A stretch of 64,000 bases of DNA, taken from NCBI GenBank assembly GCA_033763655.1, contig JANRKD010000001.1, positions 64,023 through 128,022 of the forward strand, written 5' to 3'. Shown in pieces: positions 49,130-59,273 of this stretch; the first letter of the stretch is position 1; every line of letters begins with the position of its first letter. The notes beneath the pieces are model-generated. The model made no database searches, was not told the origin of the DNA, and saw only the letters and a program-made list of their open reading frames with translations. This stretch comes from Alphaproteobacteria bacterium. Its GTDB lineage: Bacteria > Pseudomonadota > Alphaproteobacteria > Rickettsiales > UBA3002. The position numbers were made by a program, and so were the translations under genes.

Positions 49130-49861
49130 ATGCGTCAGGCTATGAAAGACGTCAAAATCCACCCTCAGGCAGAATTGCAGACGCTCGCGCGCCTGATACA
49201 GGCAAGCGCGGCGAGCTGGCGCGGCGTGGCCTATTATGCGCTGACCCCCACACCGGGACAGGACAGGATCGATCCGCAGGCGCTCCCCCGTGGGGGACTG
49301 TGCTTTGAGGGTATGGCCGGAAAGCTGGTTTACCTTGGCAGGCCGGGACTGGATCTGCCCAATCGGATAGCGGAAATACGCGCGGTGGTGCCAGACATTG
49401 CCGCCGACCCGCATCTGGCTCTATCGTTGCTGCGCGAGGAAACGGGCCTCGCGATTCCCCCGGCCATCCCCCTTCCTCCGCCCGGCGGAAAAGAAGGGCA
49501 CAGCTTAAGCGTCCTGCTGGCGGATGACGACCCGATGACACGCGCGCTGATGGATGGATTCCTTGCCCGGCGCGTCCGGACACTGACCGTGGAAAATCCG
49601 CGCAAAGCCAGCGCCAATTTCGCGGTGCTCAATCCGGATGTCGTTTTCCTCGACCTGCATTACCGGGACGAAATCCACGACGGCTTCGACGTGCTGGGCA
49701 ACATCCTGAGCATTAATCGCGATGCTTACATCGTCATCATGAGTGGTGATCGCGATGCCGCCACCATCTATACCAGCCTGAAGAAGGGCGCGCGCGGCTT
49801 TATCGCCAAGCCCCTGCGCGCCGAGGATTTCTACAGGCATCTCACCGCGGAAGCGGCCTGA
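49130..49861 (+). CDS. Response regulator (C-terminal receiver domain, unknown N-terminal domain)
   Basis: VLLADDDP ... DVVFLDLHY ... IVIMSG ... GFIAKP. Confidence 0.8.
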   Translation: MRQAMKDVKIHPQAELQTLARLIQASAASWRGVAYYALTPTPGQDRIDPQALPRGGLCFEGMAGKLVYLGRPGLDLPNRIAEIRAVVPDIAADPHLALSLLREETGLAIPPAIPLPPPGGKEGHSLSVLLADDDPMTRALMDGFLARRVRTLTVENPRKASANFAVLNPDVVFLDLHYRDEIHDGFDVLGNILSINRDAYIVIMSGDRDAATIYTSLKKGARGFIAKPLRAEDFYRHLTAEAA

Positions 49862-49865
49862 ATCC

Positions 49866-52800
49866 TCAGGCGCCACCCCTGTCCCTGTCTTTACCCAACC
49901 ATTTCTCGAGCATGTCCGCCACATTGCGGAAATTGATGGGCTTGTTGAGGTAATCATCCATCCCTGCCGCCAGGCAGCGTTCGCGGTCGCCGATCATGGC
50001 ATCTGCCGTCAGGGCCACGATAACCACACCCTGTTTACCCTGCTTTGCCTCCCACGCGCGGATGTGCCGCGTGGCCTCAAACCCGTCCATTTCCGGCATC
50101 TGGCAATCCATCAGCAGCAGGTCGTAGGTAAATTTCTGCACCATATCGACCGCCTCCTTGCCGTTGGCGGCGGCATCCACCCGAATGCCATGTTTCTCCA
50201 GCACTTTGGTGATGAGCATCAGGTTCACCACGACATCCTCCACCACCAGCACACGGGTGCCGGGGTATTGCATCGTCTCCACCGCCTGCTTCTGCACCCC
50301 GTCGGACATCATATGGGTAATCATATGCCGGGTAATCAGCCCCGGAATTTTTCCTTTCATCCGCCCATCAATCAACACCTGCAACAGCGCCTTAATCTGC
50401 TCCGGATAGAAGGGCTTGAGCAGGAAGCCGTTAATCCCTCTGGCTTCCAACTCTTCCGGCGTTCCCACCTGCGCGGCTGACGACAGCATAATCAGTAATT
50501 TGTTGGTCTGATCCGGGTCGCGGCGGATTTTATCCACGAACTGCAGGCCGTTCATCTCCTCCATGTGATAATCGACCATGGCGACAGCGTAGGGGCGCCC
50601 CTGCGCGCGCGCCGCCAGCACCGCCTCGTAGGCTTCTGCACCCGAGGTGCGAATGTCGCACACCATACCCCAATTATGCAGATACCGGCACAGGACTTCG
50701 CCATTGGCAGGGTAGTCATCCACCACCAGCACCCGCATTCCGGAAAGGTCAACATCCGGAACGCTGCCGCGCGCCTCTTTCCCTTCCGCGATCGGGAGCT
50801 GTATATCGAAATGGAAGGTCGAACCACTACCCGGCGTGCTCCTGACGCCGATACTACCCCCCATCATGGCCACCAGGCTTTTTGAAATCGCAAGCCCGAG
50901 CCCGGTGCCGCCGAATTTGCGCGTCGTCGATTCTTCCGCCTGCGAGAATTTCTCGAAGATATAATCGAGTTTGTCTTCCGGGATGCCAACCCCGGTATCC
51001 TGCACCTCAAAGAACAACCGCACGTTGCCATTTTCCCGCTCGCCGCGCACGGTAATCAGCACATGGCCTTTCTCGGTGAATTTAGTGGCATTCCCCGTCA
51101 GGTTCATCAGAATCTGGCGGATGCGGCTAGGGTCGCCGACCACGAACTTCGGTGCGCTGGGGTCGAAGTTCACCAGCATTTCAATGCCCTTTTCCTGCGC
51201 ACGCAGGTATAAAATATCCGTCACTGCCTCGATGGCCTCAGGCAGCTTAAAGGCAATCGGCTCCAACTCCAGCCTGCCTGCTTCAATCTTCGAAAAATCA
51301 AGGATGTCGTTGATAATATCGAGCAGATTCTCGCCGGACTTCTTGATAATCCGAACCCAGCCGCGCTGCTCCGCATCCAACTGGGTATCGAGCATCAGTC
51401 CCGCCATGCCCAGCACGCCGTTCATTGGCGTGCGGATTTCATGGCTCATATTGGCCAGGAAATCGGATTTGCTACGGCTGGCGCGCTCCGCCTCATCGCG
51501 CGCAGCCTCCAGCCGCACCGTATATTCCTTTAACTGCTTCTCATTTGCTTTGCGCTCGGTCACATCATAACAATACACATAGAAGGTGAAACCCTCCTCC
51601 AGCGGAATGCGAGCCACCCGTTGTTCAAAAATAGTGGCACCGACGGTCACCTCCATATAGGCGATATTGCTTTCCGTCTGCGCTTCGATTTTCCGAATTA
51701 ACACCGGAAGATTCTGCAGAAGCGGATGCACAGGGTTTTCCTTAACGTCCGGAAACTGCTTCAGTGCCGTGCGGTTGGCAAAGACCACCTTGCCATCCTG
51801 GCTGTATTCAAAGATTGGCATGGGATTATTTTCCGGATAGGCGGCCAGTTTCTCCGCCGCCTTCTGCGCCTTGACCGCGTCGAAGTGCGATTTTTCCACG
51901 CGCCGCGTATATTCCTGCATCTGCAGGTTCATCCGCTCCTTCTCCTGAAGCTCGGCTTCCAGCTCCTTTTTGGCACTGCCTGTTTCCCGCTCGCGCTTTT
52001 TGAGGATATGGAGGAATCCCGTAACAAAGATCGTCCCGGCAACGGCAGCGGAAAACAGCGCCAGCAGCAAATCATTAATACTGTCAGAGACAATAGCGTG
52101 CGCCTTCTCAGTCGGCAGATTGACCTCCAGCACACCACGCACATCGCCGACTTCCCAACCGGCGCGCGGGGTACTCGGGTGCGTGTTATGGCAACCCACG
52201 CACGATTCACGCATGAGGTCTGCCGTCGCAAAATACAGCACCTGCCCGCCATTCTTCTGGTCAAAACGGTAGAAGGGGTCCCTTGGATTTTTCTGCAGCC
52301 TGTCCCAGGCTTCCTGTTCAAACGGCGTTTTAATGCCACCCGACGCCGCCCGCCACGGGAATGGGTAAGGGCTATACAGGCGCGTCTGCCCCCCATTGAG
52401 CTGCCGGGACAACTGGCCCCCAAGCATCATGCTCAGGGTCGTGGGCAACGGAATAGCATTCTTCTCATTCCGGTAATCATGCGTGACATGCATGCCCGCT
52501 TCCTGCGCCCGGGTCACTACCTCGGAGGTATAGAGGGTGCGAAATTCGCTCAGCGCCTTAGAAAGGTTGGTGGCATTCTCCAGAGCGACCAATTGCACCA
52601 GTCGGGATTGGAACTGCTGCAGTTCAAAAAACAATACGCCGAAGATAGCGACGGTGGACACGACAATAATCATGATTGCATGCCGATAGAACAGAGTTCC
52701 GGCCAGACGCCGCAATGCAGAGTCTTTTGCCTCCTGCCTGTTGAGCTCCACTCCAAAGAATAATGCCGCGCCGAGAATCACCGCCGTAATCACACCAATG

Positions 52801-53501
52801 GCCAGTGCCAGCCCGAAAAAGCTCTGGCTCGAATCATACCGGCAATCCGCCCAGGGCAGAAACACCGCCGCCGCCATCCCGGTATAATGCATGCCGCAGA
52901 TAGCCCCGCCCATGACCAGCGCCGCCATTATTTTGTATAGGACCCGCCGCGGGCTTTCATGGCGCGCGAGAAAAAAGACAATCACTAATGCGGCGGCGGA
53001 GGCAGCGATGGCGATAATCATCGACAGGGCGAATAATTTCGGCACATAGCGCACATCGGCGTCCATTCTCATCGCCGCCATCCCGGTATAATGCATGGCC
53101 CCGATGCCGACCCCCAGCAATGTCGCTCCGGCGATGACTTTCCCTAACCTCAGCCGCTCCCCTCTCACCAGATCCAATACAAAATACGCAACGGTAACCG
53201 CCACCAGCATGGAAAAGAAGGTCATGAAGGGGTCGTAGTGCGTTGCCATATTCATTTTGAACGCCAGCATGCCGATGAAATGCATCGACCAGATGCCCGC
53301 CCCCAGGGCAAATGCCCCCAATATATGGATGATACGCCTGCTGACGCCGCGTTCTTTGCCCACCAGATATCCGGCAAAATCAAGTGCGATATAGGAGGCC
53401 AGCACCGCCACGATATACGACAATCCAACCAACGCCAGGTTGTATGTCCCATGCTCCGCATTGGCCGGGATGGGGCCCAGAAGGAAGTACTGTCGCAGCA
53501 T
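49866..53501 (-). CDS. Hybrid sensor histidine kinase (MHYT membrane domain, CxxCH-containing periplasmic/sensor domain, PAS, HisKA/HATPase, two receiver domains)
   Basis: Repeated MHYTGM motifs in TM helices, CVGCHNTH, H-box [17 protein letters not shown]-boxes, two receiver domains (VLVVDD..., VLVVEDV...). Start placed at ATG 53501; the ORF track gives 53606. Confidence 0.9.
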   Translation of the reverse strand: MLRQYFLLGPIPANAEHGTYNLALVGLSYIVAVLASYIALDFAGYLVGKERGVSRRIIHILGAFALGAGIWSMHFIGMLAFKMNMATHYDPFMTFFSMLVAVTVAYFVLDLVRGERLRLGKVIAGATLLGVGIGAMHYTGMAAMRMDADVRYVPKLFALSMIIAIAASAAALVIVFFLARHESPRRVLYKIMAALVMGGAICGMHYTGMAAAVFLPWADCRYDSSQSFFGLALAIGVITAVILGAALFFGVELNRQEAKDSALRRLAGTLFYRHAIMIIVVSTVAIFGVLFFELQQFQSRLVQLVALENATNLSKALSEFRTLYTSEVVTRAQEAGMHVTHDYRNEKNAIPLPTTLSMMLGGQLSRQLNGGQTRLYSPYPFPWRAASGGIKTPFEQEAWDRLQKNPRDPFYRFDQKNGGQVLYFATADLMRESCVGCHNTHPSTPRAGWEVGDVRGVLEVNLPTEKAHAIVSDSINDLLLALFSAAVAGTIFVTGFLHILKKRERETGSAKKELEAELQEKERMNLQMQEYTRRVEKSHFDAVKAQKAAEKLAAYPENNPMPIFEYSQDGKVVFANRTALKQFPDVKENPVHPLLQNLPVLIRKIEAQTESNIAYMEVTVGATIFEQRVARIPLEEGFTFYVYCYDVTERKANEKQLKEYTVRLEAARDEAERASRSKSDFLANMSHEIRTPMNGVLGMAGLMLDTQLDAEQRGWVRIIKKSGENLLDIINDILDFSKIEAGRLELEPIAFKLPEAIEAVTDILYLRAQEKGIEMLVNFDPSAPKFVVGDPSRIRQILMNLTGNATKFTEKGHVLITVRGERENGNVRLFFEVQDTGVGIPEDKLDYIFEKFSQAEESTTRKFGGTGLGLAISKSLVAMMGGSIGVRSTPGSGSTFHFDIQLPIAEGKEARGSVPDVDLSGMRVLVVDDYPANGEVLCRYLHNWGMVCDIRTSGAEAYEAVLAARAQGRPYAVAMVDYHMEEMNGLQFVDKIRRDPDQTNKLLIMLSSAAQVGTPEELEARGINGFLLKPFYPEQIKALLQVLIDGRMKGKIPGLITRHMITHMMSDGVQKQAVETMQYPGTRVLVVEDVVVNLMLITKVLEKHGIRVDAAANGKEAVDMVQKFTYDLLLMDCQMPEMDGFEATRHIRAWEAKQGKQGVVIVALTADAMIGDRERCLAAGMDDYLNKPINFRNVADMLEKWLGKDRDRGGA

Positions 53502-53585
53502 TACATCATTCGCACATAATAAATGTTGCCTCGAAGAATAGTCGCATTTACATTTAAATGATTCTAATATGAGTTGCAATAGAGT

Positions 53586-54494
53586 ATGCTGGCCATGTTG
53601 ATACAAATCATACAGAATCAGGCGGAAGAACGCTTCCTCGAAGCGCTGGAGGAGTATGCCGCAACACCGGTGAGCCGGGGTGTCCTGCTGTGCACTTTTT
53701 CCCGCGTTCCTCTCGTTTCCGATCCGGATACCGTCCTGCCCGCCGTGAAAGATATTCTGCGCGATTACGAGGCCCGGCTTTACTGGTGCGCCGACGGCGA
53801 CATGGTGGTATGCTGGCGCGGCGGCTCCCGGAAAACCCTGAAAATGATTATGGCTGCGTTATCTGCCTGCCACAAAACGGCGCTGGAAGGGGTTGACCCG
53901 GCCAGAGCCTTTCACTATTTCGATGCGCTGGCCCATAGCGAGGAGTTGCGCCTCATTTTCCGGCAGAAATTGCAACGGCGCCTCCAGCACGCCGCGAAAA
54001 CTGCGCATCCTGCCGATACCCCGCCACCACCCGCCGCCATGACACCCCCACGCCGGGAAGCAGCGTTTTCTGCCAAGCAACAGCAATCCCTGCACGCAGC
54101 GTTCGAAATCCGCAAGAGCCGCAAAGCGCCCGAATTCCTGATTGTCGAGGATCAGGATTTTTTCCGTAAATTACTGGCGGGCGTGTTCGAACACAGCTAC
54201 CGCTGCCATCTGGCAAAAAATGCGGAGGAAGCCCTAAGCGCGTATGCTGCGCATGCGCCCGACATGGTTTTTCTCGACGTTGAGCTGCCCGATGCGGATG
54301 GGCATACGCTTGCCGCACGCATCAAAGCACAGGATCCTGAAAGCTTTATTGTGATGGTCACCGGCAATCACCGCGCCAAAGACGTGGAGGCGGCAAAAGC
54401 CAACGGCGTTCAGGGCTTCATCGCCAAACCCTACAACAAGCTGAAAATCATGGAAGCGGTCGAGGCGTTCATGAGCACCCACAGGAAAGGATAA
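53586..54494 (+). CDS. Response regulator (C-terminal receiver domain, unknown N-terminal domain)
   Basis: FLIVEDQDF ... [14 protein letters not shown] ... IVMVTG ... GFIAKP. Confidence 0.8.
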   Translation: MLAMLIQIIQNQAEERFLEALEEYAATPVSRGVLLCTFSRVPLVSDPDTVLPAVKDILRDYEARLYWCADGDMVVCWRGGSRKTLKMIMAALSACHKTALEGVDPARAFHYFDALAHSEELRLIFRQKLQRRLQHAAKTAHPADTPPPPAAMTPPRREAAFSAKQQQSLHAAFEIRKSRKAPEFLIVEDQDFFRKLLAGVFEHSYRCHLAKNAEEALSAYAAHAPDMVFLDVELPDADGHTLAARIKAQDPESFIVMVTGNHRAKDVEAAKANGVQGFIAKPYNKLKIMEAVEAFMSTHRKG

Positions 54495-54498
54495 ACAC

Positions 54499-54864
54499 AT
54501 GACCGGTTCCGTCGATTTAACCGACCTGCGCAGCATGACCGATGGCGATGCGGAAATGGAGCGGGCGCTGTTTGCGGCATTTTATGCTGCGAGTGAAGCG
54601 GCGTTCAGCCTCATGGCCGACCATTGCACGGACGCGCCGGATGAAGTCTGGCGCGCCAATGCCCACGCGATTAAAGGCAGCGCCTATAACCTTGGTGCCA
54701 AAACGCTGGGTGATTTATGCAGGCAGGCGCAGGAAAATCCGGGCGCCAGCCGCCGCGATAAGCAGGCCCTGCTGGAGAAAATTGCCTCGGAATATGCGGC
54801 GGTGAAAGCGACTCTGCAGACGGTGCATGGTTCGACCGACGCGGATTATACTCCTTCTGAGTAA
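54499..54864 (+). CDS. Hpt phosphotransfer protein
   Basis: HAIKGSAYNLGA (HxxKG phospho-His motif). The last 6 codons and the stop lie inside a MITE end. Confidence 0.8.
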   Translation: MTGSVDLTDLRSMTDGDAEMERALFAAFYAASEAAFSLMADHCTDAPDEVWRANAHAIKGSAYNLGAKTLGDLCRQAQENPGASRRDKQALLEKIASEYAAVKATLQTVHGSTDADYTPSE

Positions 54865-54908
54865 TTTCCCTCCCATTTGCCGAGAGCCAATTTTTCAGAA
54901 GGAGTATA
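54847..54908. mobile_element. Short MITE derivative (about 62 bp) with 14-bp terminal inverted repeats
   Basis: tatactccttctga...tcagaaggagtata. The interior matches the inverted right end of the long copy at 58596-58871. Confidence 0.6.
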
Positions 54909-54919
54909 ACAGGAGCTGC

Positions 54920-55843
54920 CTAAATCCTGTTGAATACCGCCGCAAGCCAGAGGTAAAACGTGCCGCGCCAGCTCTGTCGGTAAATGCCGGCGACCTGCAG
55001 CAGGCGAACCCGGTCTTTTAACGGCGCACCCCGAAACTTGCCGTAGATATCCAGAATTTCCTGGTTGTCCGTGGTTAACAAATGGCGAACGCTGCAAAGT
55101 GCGGCATAGTTCATATCGTTCCAGCGCCTGAAGCGTCCGCGAAACACATGGAGTATTCGTTCAATCCTGCCCCTGATCGAGCCATCGGCTCCTATCGCGG
55201 CATTGGCATGCTGCCGGTAGCGCAAGGAGGGCCGGGTATCATAAAAAACCTCACCCCCGGCGCCTTTTACAATCTGGTACAGCCACCAATCATGCGCCAC
55301 CACCTGCAGCAGACCGGCTTTTTCGAGCAGTTCTTTCGTAGAGTGGTTAAATAGCATGGTGTTGCCGCCGGCAATACTTTCAACCAGCGCGTTACGGAAT
55401 GTTTTGGGCAACGGGAACTCCGCCGAACACCCCTGCGTGTTCAGGGCTTCATCAACAATCTCAGTGCGGCTGCAATAAACCCGGGGCCGTGACGAGTCGT
55501 CGCTCCCGTTAAAATATGCCGCTGCCCTGCTCAGTTTATCCGGCATCCAGACGTCATCCTGATCCGAGAACGCATACAAGTCGGCGCGCAGGTGGGGGTC
55601 ACAGGCCATCGACAGAAAGTTCCGGCAAAAGCCCTGCTGTGGCCCCTGACGCAGTTCGAGGCGATTACTTCCCCATTTTTCCTGGAATTGCCTGGCGATG
55701 GCAACCGTGTCATCCCGCGATCCATCGTCACTGATTATCAGGCGCCAGTGCGTATGGGTTTGCGCTTCGATGGATTGCAATTGCTCGGCAAGAAACTTCT
55801 CACCGTTGTAGGTACCCATGAGAATACAAATATGAGGGGGCAT
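54920..55843 (-). CDS. Family 2 glycosyltransferase
   Basis: ICILMGTYNGEKFLAEQLQSI ... ISDDGSRDDT ... FSDQDDVW. Confidence 0.85.
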   Translation of the reverse strand: MPPHICILMGTYNGEKFLAEQLQSIEAQTHTHWRLIISDDGSRDDTVAIARQFQEKWGSNRLELRQGPQQGFCRNFLSMACDPHLRADLYAFSDQDDVWMPDKLSRAAAYFNGSDDSSRPRVYCSRTEIVDEALNTQGCSAEFPLPKTFRNALVESIAGGNTMLFNHSTKELLEKAGLLQVVAHDWWLYQIVKGAGGEVFYDTRPSLRYRQHANAAIGADGSIRGRIERILHVFRGRFRRWNDMNYAALCSVRHLLTTDNQEILDIYGKFRGAPLKDRVRLLQVAGIYRQSWRGTFYLWLAAVFNRI

Positions 55844-55897
55844 GTTTTTCTATATGGTTGTTTGGCTCTAATCTGCCGCGATTTATTGCGGCACCAG

Positions 55898-58594
55898 CTA
55901 TAGCCCCTCCCTTTGGGGTTGTCTAGGAATCCGGCTGGATCCGCCGGATGGTTTGCCGCTGCGCAGCCAGAGCAGGATGAGGGCGGAGATGCCGATAATT
56001 TTCAGCCAGTCTGCCGCGCCTAACGGGGCCGTCGCAAAAAGATGCTGCATCCAGGGAAGGTAGGTGAACCCGGCCTGAAAAACCATCACCCCGAAGGTGG
56101 CCAGAACCACGGGCAGCAGCCCGGCGCGACTGCGTTGCAGCGGAAAGATTCCCCACAAATAATAAATCTGGAAAAACACCAGCGCGTTGACTGCCATGGT
56201 GCGGGCGGTGGCAAGGTCGCTGCCCGCCTTCAGTTCATAAAGGAACAGCGTGATTGTCCCCACGGTAATGATAGCAATATGCCAAACCATGGCCCGGATG
56301 GTACCGCGCGAAAAAAGCGGCGCCTCGGGGGGGAGCGGCGCCCGGCACATCACGGAAGGGGCGTGCGGCGAGAAGGCAAAGGCGAGCGAGAGCGTCACCG
56401 CCGTCACCATGTTCACCCACAGGATCTGCAGCGGCGTGATAGGCAAGGTGAACCCGGCGAGAACAGCAAGCAGCAGCGTCAGCCCCTCGGCGCCATCCGT
56501 CACCAGCATGAACTGGATGGTGCGTTTGATATTGCGGTAAATCGTGCGGCCTTCTTCCACCGCGTGGACAATGCTGGCGAAATTATCATCGGCCAGCACC
56601 AGACCGGCGGCCTCCTTGGCGACTTCCGTGCCCTGTTTCCCCATGGCAATGCCAATATCGGCGCTTTTAAGCGCGGGCGCATCGTTGACGCCGTCGCCGG
56701 TCATGGCAACCACTTCGCCCATGGCCTGAAAGGCCCGCACCAGCCGCAATTTATGTTCGGGGTGCATACGCGCAAAGATATTCACCTGCGCGATGGCCCC
56801 TGTCAGCGCCGCGTCGGAAAGCCGGTCGATATCTGTGCCGGTCATGACCTTTTCGCTGGCGGGAATGGCCAGCGCCGCACCCATCGCCGAGGCGGTGAGC
56901 ACATGGTCGCCGGTAATCATTTTAACGGCGATGCCCGCACTCCGGCAGGCGGCAATCGCGGCCCGCGCTTCCTCGCGCGGCGTATCCATGATGCCGAAAA
57001 GCCCAAGCAGCGTCAGCCCTTCCTCGATATCCGCCGGCTTAAGGTTCCGATGTGCCGACGGCACATGGCGGTGGGCAATGGCGAGCACGCGCTTGCCCTC
57101 TCTGGCGAGTGCATTGACCTGCGCCTGCCAGTAATCCATCCGCAATGGCTGATCCTGCCCCCGGGCGCATTGCTCGTGCCTGCACATCGCGAGTATCTGC
57201 TCGGGCGCGCCCTTGATGTAGATGCGGCCACGGCCATCGGCGTGATGGTGCAGCGTCGCCATGGTGCGCGATTCCGCCGAGAACGGGATAACATCGGCAC
57301 GCGGCCATGTTTCGCGCACCGGCTTTTCCTGCTGCCCCGCCTTACGCGCGAACGCCATCAGCGCCCCTTCGGTCGGGTCACCGTTAAGTTCCCACACGCC
57401 TTTTTTCAGCGTCAGCGCCGCATCATTATTAAGCAGGGCGGCACAGCCCATCTCGCCGACGGTGGGGTGCGCCGCCAGCACGATTTCCTGATTCTCTAAC
57501 CAGATGCTGCCATCGGGCGCATACCCCACGCCGCTGACGGAAAATTGCCGTTCCGCCGTGACAATATCCGTCACCGCGAGTTCGTTTTTTGTCAGGGTGC
57601 CGGTTTTGTCGGTGCAGATAACCGTCACGCTGCCCAACGATTCAATCACCGGCAGGTGGCGCACAATCGCGTGGCGGGTGGCCATGGCACGCATACCCAA
57701 CGCCATGGTGATGCTGATGACGGCGGGCAACCCCTCGGGGATGGCCGAAACGGCGATGCCAATCATCACCATGAACATCTCGTTCATCGGCAGGCCGCGG
57801 CCATATACGCCAAAGAAAAATGCCGCGAGCGACAGTGTCACAATGCCTGCCGCCAGCAGCCGTGAGAAGCGCGCCAGCTTCAGCGTCAACGGTGTTTGCG
57901 GCGATTCCGCCTTGCTCACAAGCGCGCTGATACGCCCGATTTGCGTCGCCGCCCCCGTCGCCACGACCACGCCCCTGCCCTGCCCCGAGGTCACCAGCGT
58001 TCCGCTGTAAGCGATCGAATGGCGGTCGCCCAATACCGCATCTTCAGCCACCGCGTGGGCGGATTTCTCGACATCCAGCGATTCCCCGGTGAGAATCCCC
58101 TCCTGGGTGCGCAGGGCGTGAGCTGAGAGCAGGCGCAGATCGGCGGGTACTTTGTCGCCGGCGGTCAGCACCACCACGTCGCCGGGCACCAGCAATGCCG
58201 CCTCAAGCAAATGCGGCGCGCCGTCGCGCAGCACCGTTGCCTGCAGCGAAAGCAGGTTGCGAATAGCCGCCAGCGCCTGCTCGGCCTTGCGCTCCTGAAA
58301 AAAGCCAATCAGTGCGTTGATCAGGATGACCGCCACGATTACCCCGGCGTCCGTCCAGTGCCGCATCGCCGCCGTCACCAGCGCTGCTACCATAAGGATG
58401 CCGATGAGGACATTATGAAACTGCGCAAAGAAGCGCCGCAACGGCGAATACGGGCGCCCGGCCGCGATGACATTCCTGCCGTATGTGTCAAGCCGCCGCG
58501 CCGCCTCGGCACCCGGGAGGCCGTCAGCATCGCCGGCAAGCTGCCGTAGCACTTCGGCGGCGGGAAGGCTGTGCCATGCGGTGTCCGGTGTCAT
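55898..58594 (-). CDS. Cation-transporting P-type ATPase (type II, Ca/Mg-like)
   Basis: ICTDKTGTLT, MITGDH, MTGDGVNDAPAL, N-terminal cation-ATPase domain, 10 predicted TM helices. Confidence 0.95.
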   Translation of the reverse strand: MTPDTAWHSLPAAEVLRQLAGDADGLPGAEAARRLDTYGRNVIAAGRPYSPLRRFFAQFHNVLIGILMVAALVTAAMRHWTDAGVIVAVILINALIGFFQERKAEQALAAIRNLLSLQATVLRDGAPHLLEAALLVPGDVVVLTAGDKVPADLRLLSAHALRTQEGILTGESLDVEKSAHAVAEDAVLGDRHSIAYSGTLVTSGQGRGVVVATGAATQIGRISALVSKAESPQTPLTLKLARFSRLLAAGIVTLSLAAFFFGVYGRGLPMNEMFMVMIGIAVSAIPEGLPAVISITMALGMRAMATRHAIVRHLPVIESLGSVTVICTDKTGTLTKNELAVTDIVTAERQFSVSGVGYAPDGSIWLENQEIVLAAHPTVGEMGCAALLNNDAALTLKKGVWELNGDPTEGALMAFARKAGQQEKPVRETWPRADVIPFSAESRTMATLHHHADGRGRIYIKGAPEQILAMCRHEQCARGQDQPLRMDYWQAQVNALAREGKRVLAIAHRHVPSAHRNLKPADIEEGLTLLGLFGIMDTPREEARAAIAACRSAGIAVKMITGDHVLTASAMGAALAIPASEKVMTGTDIDRLSDAALTGAIAQVNIFARMHPEHKLRLVRAFQAMGEVVAMTGDGVNDAPALKSADIGIAMGKQGTEVAKEAAGLVLADDNFASIVHAVEEGRTIYRNIKRTIQFMLVTDGAEGLTLLLAVLAGFTLPITPLQILWVNMVTAVTLSLAFAFSPHAPSVMCRAPLPPEAPLFSRGTIRAMVWHIAIITVGTITLFLYELKAGSDLATARTMAVNALVFFQIYYLWGIFPLQRSRAGLLPVVLATFGVMVFQAGFTYLPWMQHLFATAPLGAADWLKIIGISALILLWLRSGKPSGGSSRIPRQPQREGL

Positions 58595-58595
58595 C

Positions 58596-58871
58596 TATAC
58601 TCCTTCTGAGTAAATTCCCTGCAGTTTGTTGCTGGAGAAAATCGTTGCTCCGGGATGGCGTGGCGCACCGCCTGTAGCGGGGCCTACAGGCAAGCGACAT
58701 GTCGTTCCGGGCGGCGATTTTCTCCGCAACCCTTCGGGCCGAGGCGAATTTTTCCGATGCGCGGCGAGAAATTTTCTTCCGACAGCTTCGGCTATCGGAA
58801 GAAAATTCCCCTTGCTCCTCCAAAAAATTGGCGCTCGGCAAACTGTAGGGAATTTACTCAAAAGGAGTATA
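58596..58871. mobile_element. MITE-like element (about 276 bp) with imperfect terminal inverted repeats of about 25 bp
   Basis: Left end tatactccttctgagtaaattccct, right end agggaatttactcaaaaggagtata. No coding capacity. Fills the whole ATPase-osmC spacer. Confidence 0.65.
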
Positions 58872-59273
58872 ACCCACCGTGCGTATCACCACGTCCGATT
58901 GCAACGTCCGCTGCACCGGGCATTTCTCCGCCACCTCGACCAGTTTCCGGCGTTGCTCGGACGTGAGCGCCGCACCATGCACCGTCACTTTCTTCTCGAA
59001 CGTATCGACCTTGTCCAGCTTCTGATGGGTGAGGCTGACCTCAACTTTTTCGAGTGGCCATTGCTGCTGCCGCGCGTACCAGCGCACCGTCATCGCCGTG
59101 CATTCGCCCAGTGCCGCCAGTAGCAAATCATACGGCGCGGGGCCGAGATTGCCGCCGCCAAACGCCACCGGCTCATCGCCCTTAATCCGGTGGCCCGATA
59201 CGTCGATAGACACCGCGTAGGCGCTTTCGCCGGTTTCCTCAACCTGTGCTGAGATTATTGCATCGTTGCTCAT
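58854..59273 (-). CDS. OsmC-family protein
   Basis: LLAALGECTAMT and OsmC-like length. The last codons and the stop lie inside the MITE end. Confidence 0.85.
   Translation of the reverse strand: MSNDAIISAQVEETGESAYAVSIDVSGHRIKGDEPVAFGGGNLGPAPYDLLLAALGECTAMTVRWYARQQQWPLEKVEVSLTHQKLDKVDTFEKKVTVHGAALTSEQRRKLVEVAEKCPVQRTLQSDVVIRTVGYTPFE

Noticed and set aside
48400-49130. Direct repeat of the tRNA-Ile 3' end marking attR.
   Set aside because: A visual search found no convincing match to ggaagttcaactcttcccggacccacca at the right edge. Serine recombinases need only very short core identities, so absence is expected. The right boundary therefore stays approximate.
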